Source: an archaeon (lineage in GTDB: Archaea > Iainarchaeota > Iainarchaeia > Iainarchaeales > Iainarchaeaceae). Taken from it: a stretch of DNA of 10,901 bases. The stretch is taken from NCBI GenBank assembly GCA_035289485.1, contig DATDXA010000009.1:1-10901 (forward strand), read 5' to 3'. A program made the position numbers and the translations under genes. The notes under the pieces are model-generated. The model made no database searches, was not told the DNA's origin, and was given only the letters and a program-made list of their open reading frames with translations. Below, piece after piece: positions 6,958 through 10,901 of the stretch (within the stretch, counting starts at the first letter, position 1; each line of letters starts with the position of its first letter).

Positions 6958-7777
6958 GCACCGCGGTTGCGGCGTTCTCAGGGTCCTTTCCGAATTTTTC
7001 ATTTAACACATAGCTATTTACTGCCGGAGGCATCACTGCAATCAGAAGTATCACGCTCGCAACAACACCTTGCACGTTGAAAAATTTGATGAAACCAATT
7101 GCAGCGGCAGCGCCCACACAAAACCGCACAAGGAGCACCGCAACCGGAACCTTCAGAGAACCGATTTTGAGCGTTGCAAGCCTTCCGCCAAGAACGAGCA
7201 GTGCAAGCGGTATCGTTGCCGAGCCAACAAGCGTGAGCGCATCAATAAGAATCGCCGGAACCTGCACAGACGTGAGATTAAGCGTAACCCCCAGTACAAT
7301 CGCATAAACCAGGGGTATGCGAAAAATCTCGGCTGCCTTCTCTTTCCAGTGCAGCTTATCATCCTGCACAAGAAAAACACCAAGAGTGAAACTCAATATC
7401 GTCTCAACCGCATCGAAAATTATTGCCTTCTGCAAACCGATTTCTCCAAATGCAAAGAGCGCCACTGGATAGCCCAAATACCCCGAGTTCATGAACATCG
7501 CGGGCAGGAGCATCCCGTTGTTTTTATAATTGAGAAGCCGGAATACAATCGCAGCAACGATTCCGCATGCGACAATAATGAAAACCGATGCGCCTCCAAG
7601 GATTGCAAGTTCTGATAGTTCAATGTGCTTTGAGTAAATCGCGGAGAACACGAGCGCCGGGCCAACGACATAAATTAACAAATCCGCAACCGACTTTTGG
7701 TCAAAGCCGATTTTCTTCTGGAAAACAAATCCAAGCGCGATGCCGAAAAATGCAATCAGGATTGGGTCAAAGAGCAT
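6902..7777 (-). CDS. AEC (auxin efflux carrier / malate permease-like, Mem_trans) family transporter
   Basis: About 10 hydrophobic segments with family motifs YV..PALVF, N.GYLG.P....FG, P..YA, G.ATIPLAL..LG and MPPAVN..V...F. Confidence 0.9.
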   Translation of the reverse strand: MLFDPILIAFFGIALGFVFQKKIGFDQKSVADLLIYVVGPALVFSAIYSKHIELSELAILGGASVFIIVACGIVAAIVFRLLNYKNNGMLLPAMFMNSGYLGYPVALFAFGEIGLQKAIIFDAVETILSFTLGVFLVQDDKLHWKEKAAEIFRIPLVYAIVLGVTLNLTSVQVPAILIDALTLVGSATIPLALLVLGGRLATLKIGSLKVPVAVLLVRFCVGAAAAIGFIKFFNVQGVVASVILLIAVMPPAVNSYVLNEKFGKDPENAATAVLIGTLLCALPIAIVLSMI

Positions 7778-7800
7778 GAATAGAAATTAATGCTGAGCGA

Positions 7801-7814
7801 TTTAAATCTCTTTT
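7801..7814 (-). promoter_or_regulatory. Putative BRE/TATA for the transporter, overlapping the leuB stop codon
   Basis: Minus strand AAAAGAGA-TTTAAA. TTTAAA (7801-7806) lies 24-29 nt upstream of ATG 7777, which lacks an SD. Confidence 0.5.
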
Positions 7815-8863
7815 GCGATGAGCTTTCCCATCTCGCGCGTTCCCACAAGCTTCTTGCCTTCGCTCATGATGTCTTTTGTGCGGCTCTCTTGAATAACTTT
7901 CTCAACCGCGCGCTCGATATCCTTAGCAGCGTTCTCAAGGCCGAATGTATAACGCAGCATCATAGCGCCGCTTAGAATCATTGCAATCGGGTTTGCGGTG
8001 TCCTGCCCCGCATACTTTGGCGCGCTGCCATGAATCGGCTCATATAGCCCGAACTTGGAATCGCCCAAAGAAGCGGAAGGAAGCATCCCCAAAGAACCCG
8101 TAACAATCGAGCTCTCATCGCTCAAAATGTCGCCAAACAAATTTCCGGTAACAATCACATCGAACTGCCTTGGGTTCTTTATGATTTGCATTGCGCAGTT
8201 GTCAACATACATGTGCTCAAGCGCCACATCCTTGTACTGCGCGTGAACTTTTTCCATTTCATCACGCCAGAGAGTGCTTGTGTAGAGGACATTTGCCTTG
8301 TCAACTGAAGTCACTTTCTTGCCGCGCGTGCGCGCAAGCTCAAACGCCTTCTTCGCAATTCTTGCAACCTCGGGGCGGGAGTACTTCATCAAATCCGAGC
8401 GCCAGGTGTTGGCCTCATCCATATCCTTTTTGCCAAAGTAAACATCCCCAGTGAGCTCGCGCACAATCAAAAAATCAAAACCGGTTCCCAATATTTCCCT
8501 GCGAAGCGGTGACGCATCAAGAAGCGCCGGAAATATTTTTGCGGGGCGAAGATTTGCATACAATTCAAAGATTTTGCGAAGTGGAAGAAGCGCTGCGCGC
8601 TCTGGCTGCTCATTTGGCGGCAACTTATCCGCGCGAGGGTCGCCAACAGCACCTAAAAGTATCGCATCAGAGTTCCTGCACAGCTCAAGCGTATCCGCAG
8701 GAAGGCACTGCCCTTTCTTGTCATAAGCGGCGTAACCGACAAGCGCATTCTCAAATTCCAAATCAAGCGAGTGCTTTTCCGAAACCGCCTTGAGGCTGCG
8801 CACGGCTTCTTCTGTAATCTCAGGGCCGATTCCATCCCCTGCGAGCACTGCGATTTTAGGCAT
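7802..8863 (-). CDS. leuB: 3-isopropylmalate dehydrogenase
   Basis: IAVLAGDGIGPEI, AILLGAVG.P, PER..LL.LRK, ANLRP, VRELTG..YFG, VDKANVL, NLFGDILSDE, EPIHGSAP and NPIA.ILS.AMMLRY. Start ATG 8863 (MPKIAV). Confidence 0.96.
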   Translation of the reverse strand: MPKIAVLAGDGIGPEITEEAVRSLKAVSEKHSLDLEFENALVGYAAYDKKGQCLPADTLELCRNSDAILLGAVGDPRADKLPPNEQPERAALLPLRKIFELYANLRPAKIFPALLDASPLRREILGTGFDFLIVRELTGDVYFGKKDMDEANTWRSDLMKYSRPEVARIAKKAFELARTRGKKVTSVDKANVLYTSTLWRDEMEKVHAQYKDVALEHMYVDNCAMQIIKNPRQFDVIVTGNLFGDILSDESSIVTGSLGMLPSASLGDSKFGLYEPIHGSAPKYAGQDTANPIAMILSGAMMLRYTFGLENAAKDIERAVEKVIQESRTKDIMSEGKKLVGTREMGKLIAKEI

Positions 8864-8883
8864 TTGAAATCCCAACAATAATA

Positions 8884-9048
8884 TTATTCGGTGCGGCGCC
8901 TTCGTATTGGCCCTCTTTTTTGATTTTTCGGAGTTGGGTGGCTTTCAGAGGCAACATGCATTCTCTGCCTAGCAATTTCACCCGGAGTCGTGCTTCCGAC
9001 TCTTTTCATGGCACTTACTCGCGCTTTTGCTATCGGTCTTGGCCTCAT
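8884..9048 (-). CDS. Small very basic hypothetical protein (54 aa)
   Basis: MRPRPIAKARVSAMKRVGSTTPGEIARQRMHVASESHPTPKNQKRGPIRRRRTE. GGAGG SD 7 nt upstream; fills the ilvC-leuB gap (17 nt and 20 nt spacers). Confidence 0.55.
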   Translation of the reverse strand: MRPRPIAKARVSAMKRVGSTTPGEIARQRMHVASESHPTPKNQKRGPIRRRRTE

Positions 9049-9065
9049 CCTATTCCCTCCAAAAT

Positions 9066-10049
9066 TCACTTCTTCTTGAACAGGTCGCGGATTTCTTTTC
9101 CCACAACTTCAATCTGATGATTGTTCTGCTCGTTTCGCAGCGCGGTGAAATTCTTCATTCCGCCCCTGTACTCGGCAATCCATTCATTTGCGAATTTGCC
9201 GCTCTCAACATCCTTCAAAAGCTCCTTCATGCGCTTCTTGGTTTCTGGAGTAATAATCGCTTTCCCGCGCGTGCGGCCGCCGTACTCTGCGGTGTTTGAA
9301 ACTACGTGCCACATGTGCGAGAGCCCGCCCTCATACACAAGATCAGTGATGAGCTTCATCTCATGCAGGCACTCAAAGTATGCCATTTCAGGAGGGTATC
9401 CGGCTTCAACAAGCACTTCAAAACCGGTCTTGATAAGCTCTGACATTCCGCCGCAGAGAACCGCCTGCTCTCCAAACAAGTCTTCATATGTTTCCTGCTC
9501 GAACGTGCACTCCATTACTCCCGCGCGCGTAAAGCCGCACGCCTTTGCCATTGCAAGCGCGGTTTTTTTCGCGTTTCCCGAATGGTTCTGCTTTATTGCT
9601 ATGAGCGCAGGAACACCAAAACCAGCAACGAACTGCTTTCGCTCCTCTGTTCCGGGGGCTTTTGGCGCAACCATTAGCACATCAACATCTGCAGGTGGCT
9701 TAATGAATCCAAAGCAGATATTGAAGCCGTGCGAAAATGAAAGTGTCTTGCCTTTTGTTAGGTGCGGCTTTATTTCGCTTTCATATACCTCTCCCTGCTT
9801 CTCATCTGGAAGAAGGACATGTATAATATCGGCGCGCTTTGCGGCTTGCGCGGTTTCCAAAACTTCAAAGCCATAATCTTTTGCCTTTTTGACGCTCTCG
9901 CTTCCCTTGCGAAGGCCGATAATCACATTTAGGCCAGAATCCTTCATGCACATGGCCTGCGCAGCTCCCTGCGCGCCGTATCCTAAAACCGCTATTGTCT
10001 TTCCTTCCAAATCCTTCAAATCCGCGTCCTTGTCCCGCATTAAATTCAT
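9066..10049 (-). CDS. ilvC: Ketol-acid reductoisomerase (class I, short form)
   Basis: K.IAVLGYGAQG Rossmann motif, GLR.GS.S cofactor loop, LLPDE.Q, FSHGFNI, VAPKAPG, DLFGEQAVLCGG, AYFECLHE.KLI.DL, VSNTAEYG. GGGAGG SD 8 nt upstream. Confidence 0.97.
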   Translation of the reverse strand: MNLMRDKDADLKDLEGKTIAVLGYGAQGAAQAMCMKDSGLNVIIGLRKGSESVKKAKDYGFEVLETAQAAKRADIIHVLLPDEKQGEVYESEIKPHLTKGKTLSFSHGFNICFGFIKPPADVDVLMVAPKAPGTEERKQFVAGFGVPALIAIKQNHSGNAKKTALAMAKACGFTRAGVMECTFEQETYEDLFGEQAVLCGGMSELIKTGFEVLVEAGYPPEMAYFECLHEMKLITDLVYEGGLSHMWHVVSNTAEYGGRTRGKAIITPETKKRMKELLKDVESGKFANEWIAEYRGGMKNFTALRNEQNNHQIEVVGKEIRDLFKKK

Positions 10050-10111
10050 TTTCCCATCCTCCCAATAAATGCAAAATTCTCCTAATACAATACATTATAT
10101 TGCAATTAAAT

Positions 10112-10570
10112 TCAAATCGCATTCGCTCCGGAGCGCGAAATGTCAAGAACCTTGAAGTTCTTCCTTGCAAGCGCCACAAGTTCCTCTATGCGCGCGGGAT
10201 AATCAATTATTTCAACTACAACAAAATCTTTGCCCTCTTTTACAACCTTAAAATCAAACCCTGAAAGCTTCGCCTTCAAGTCCTCGCCCTTTTCAACCTT
10301 TAGAAGGCACAGTTCCCTTTCCACGGCATCGCTCTCATGATACATTTCAATGCTTATCACATGGATTAGTTTTCCAAGCAAATCCTTCGCGTTCTTGACC
10401 TCGGCCTCTTCACCGCGCAGCGTAAGGACAATGCTCGCCTCGCCCTCTTCGAGGTGCTTTCCAACGCAAATTGAGCCGATGATGTATCCCTTGCGCGCAA
10501 GAAGGGTTGCAATGCGCGCCATCACGCCCTTCCTTTGCTCGACAATCAATCTCATAAAGAATTTTTCCAC
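10112..10570 (-). CDS. ilvN: Acetolactate synthase small (regulatory, ACT) subunit
   Basis: L.VE...GV.ARI..L.AR.GY.I.S..VG ACT pattern, L.KLI.VI, VEREL.L.KV and C-terminal I.RSG..AI. Located between ilvB and ilvC; GTG start with GGGTGTGA upstream. Confidence 0.85.
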   Translation of the reverse strand: MEKFFMRLIVEQRKGVMARIATLLARKGYIIGSICVGKHLEEGEASIVLTLRGEEAEVKNAKDLLGKLIHVISIEMYHESDAVERELCLLKVEKGEDLKAKLSGFDFKVVKEGKDFVVVEIIDYPARIEELVALARKNFKVLDISRSGANAI

Positions 10571-10641
10571 AAAATCACACCCATTCCCAAATCATTTTTC
10601 CGTTTCAATTTTCATTTTCCGCTTTCAATTCAACCGCATTT

Positions 10642-10901
10642 TCACTTCTTGAAATAATCATTTGGGATGCGTGCGCCCTTCATGTCACTGTTGCTTGCCC
10701 CGGCCGGAACAATCGGAAGCACTATAGCCTCATTATTCACATGCACATTAAGAACGCTCGATTCCTCGTTTTTCATTGCAAGCTGCAGCGCATCCGCAAT
10801 CTCAGAGGGCCTCTCAACACTGATTCCGAGCAGCCCGTACGCTTCCGCGAGCTTTGCAAAATCTGGCACCTTGCCAAGCCAGACCTGCGAGCGCCTGCCC
10901 T
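10642..10901 (-). CDS. ilvB: Acetolactate synthase large subunit, 3' end (truncated by the right edge)
   Basis: Open to the window edge: ...GRRSQVWLGKVPDFAKLAEAYG...V.PIVPAG...DM, the C-terminal signature of AHAS catalytic subunits, directly upstream of ilvN-ilvC. Confidence 0.88.
   Translation of the reverse strand, partial: GRRSQVWLGKVPDFAKLAEAYGLLGISVERPSEIADALQLAMKNEESSVLNVHVNNEAIVLPIVPAGASNSDMKGARIPNDYFKK

Noticed and set aside
9121..9876. Long antisense ORFs (9121-9876, 3785-4375, 5274-5744, 7070-7615, 3254-3664 and others)
   Set aside because: Shadow frames of well-supported minus-strand genes, with no recognisable motifs.
10085..10103. Imperfect inverted repeat TACAATA-catta-TATTGCA upstream of ilvC as a regulator site
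   Set aside because: AT-rich, single occurrence, and no matching copy seen upstream of pheA or leuB.
5213..10618. Identical 13-mer AAAATGAAAATTG at the pheA/tktN junction (5213-5225) and in the ilvB-ilvN spacer (10606-10618), plus mini-ORFs MRLN*, MKIETEK* and MGK*
   Set aside because: Low-complexity A-rich sequence. A 13-nt match and tiny ORFs are compatible with chance in 11 kb, and none has attenuator-like codon runs.
1..10901. Genome-wide UGA reassignment (code 4/25)
   Set aside because: ilvB, ilvN, ilvC, pheA, tktN and tktC all end in TGA at expected lengths, with no internal TGA.
1..10901. CRISPR arrays, tRNA/rRNA genes, transposases, integrases
   Set aside because: None seen: no regularly spaced repeats, cloverleafs or recombinase motifs.

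Overview
A 10.9-kb gene-dense window dominated by minus-strand amino-acid biosynthesis genes. The branched-chain block is ilvB (3' part)-ilvN-ilvC-[54-aa basic ORF]-leuB, followed by an AEC-family transporter. The aromatic block is pheA (chorismate mutase/prephenate dehydratase)-split transketolase N and C subunits-DAHP synthase (class I-beta). The left end holds accessory genes: a truncated secreted protein, a lipoprotein, a DUF1428 protein and a divergent atypical-kinase-like ORF. TATA-like boxes ~25-30 nt upstream of SD-less ATGs suggest an archaeal host; a DPANN-type lineage such as Iainarchaeota/Micrarchaeota is my inference, not proven. The most unusual element is the ~110-nt segment between the two transketolase genes. 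It encodes an unannotated 36-aa ORF whose C-terminus is a synonymously diverged copy of the TktN C-terminus, and it contains two tandem hairpins sharing a CAG-Y(1-2)-GAAA-CTG motif. Three Pro/Arg/Lys-start orphan ORFs are interleaved with the housekeeping genes.
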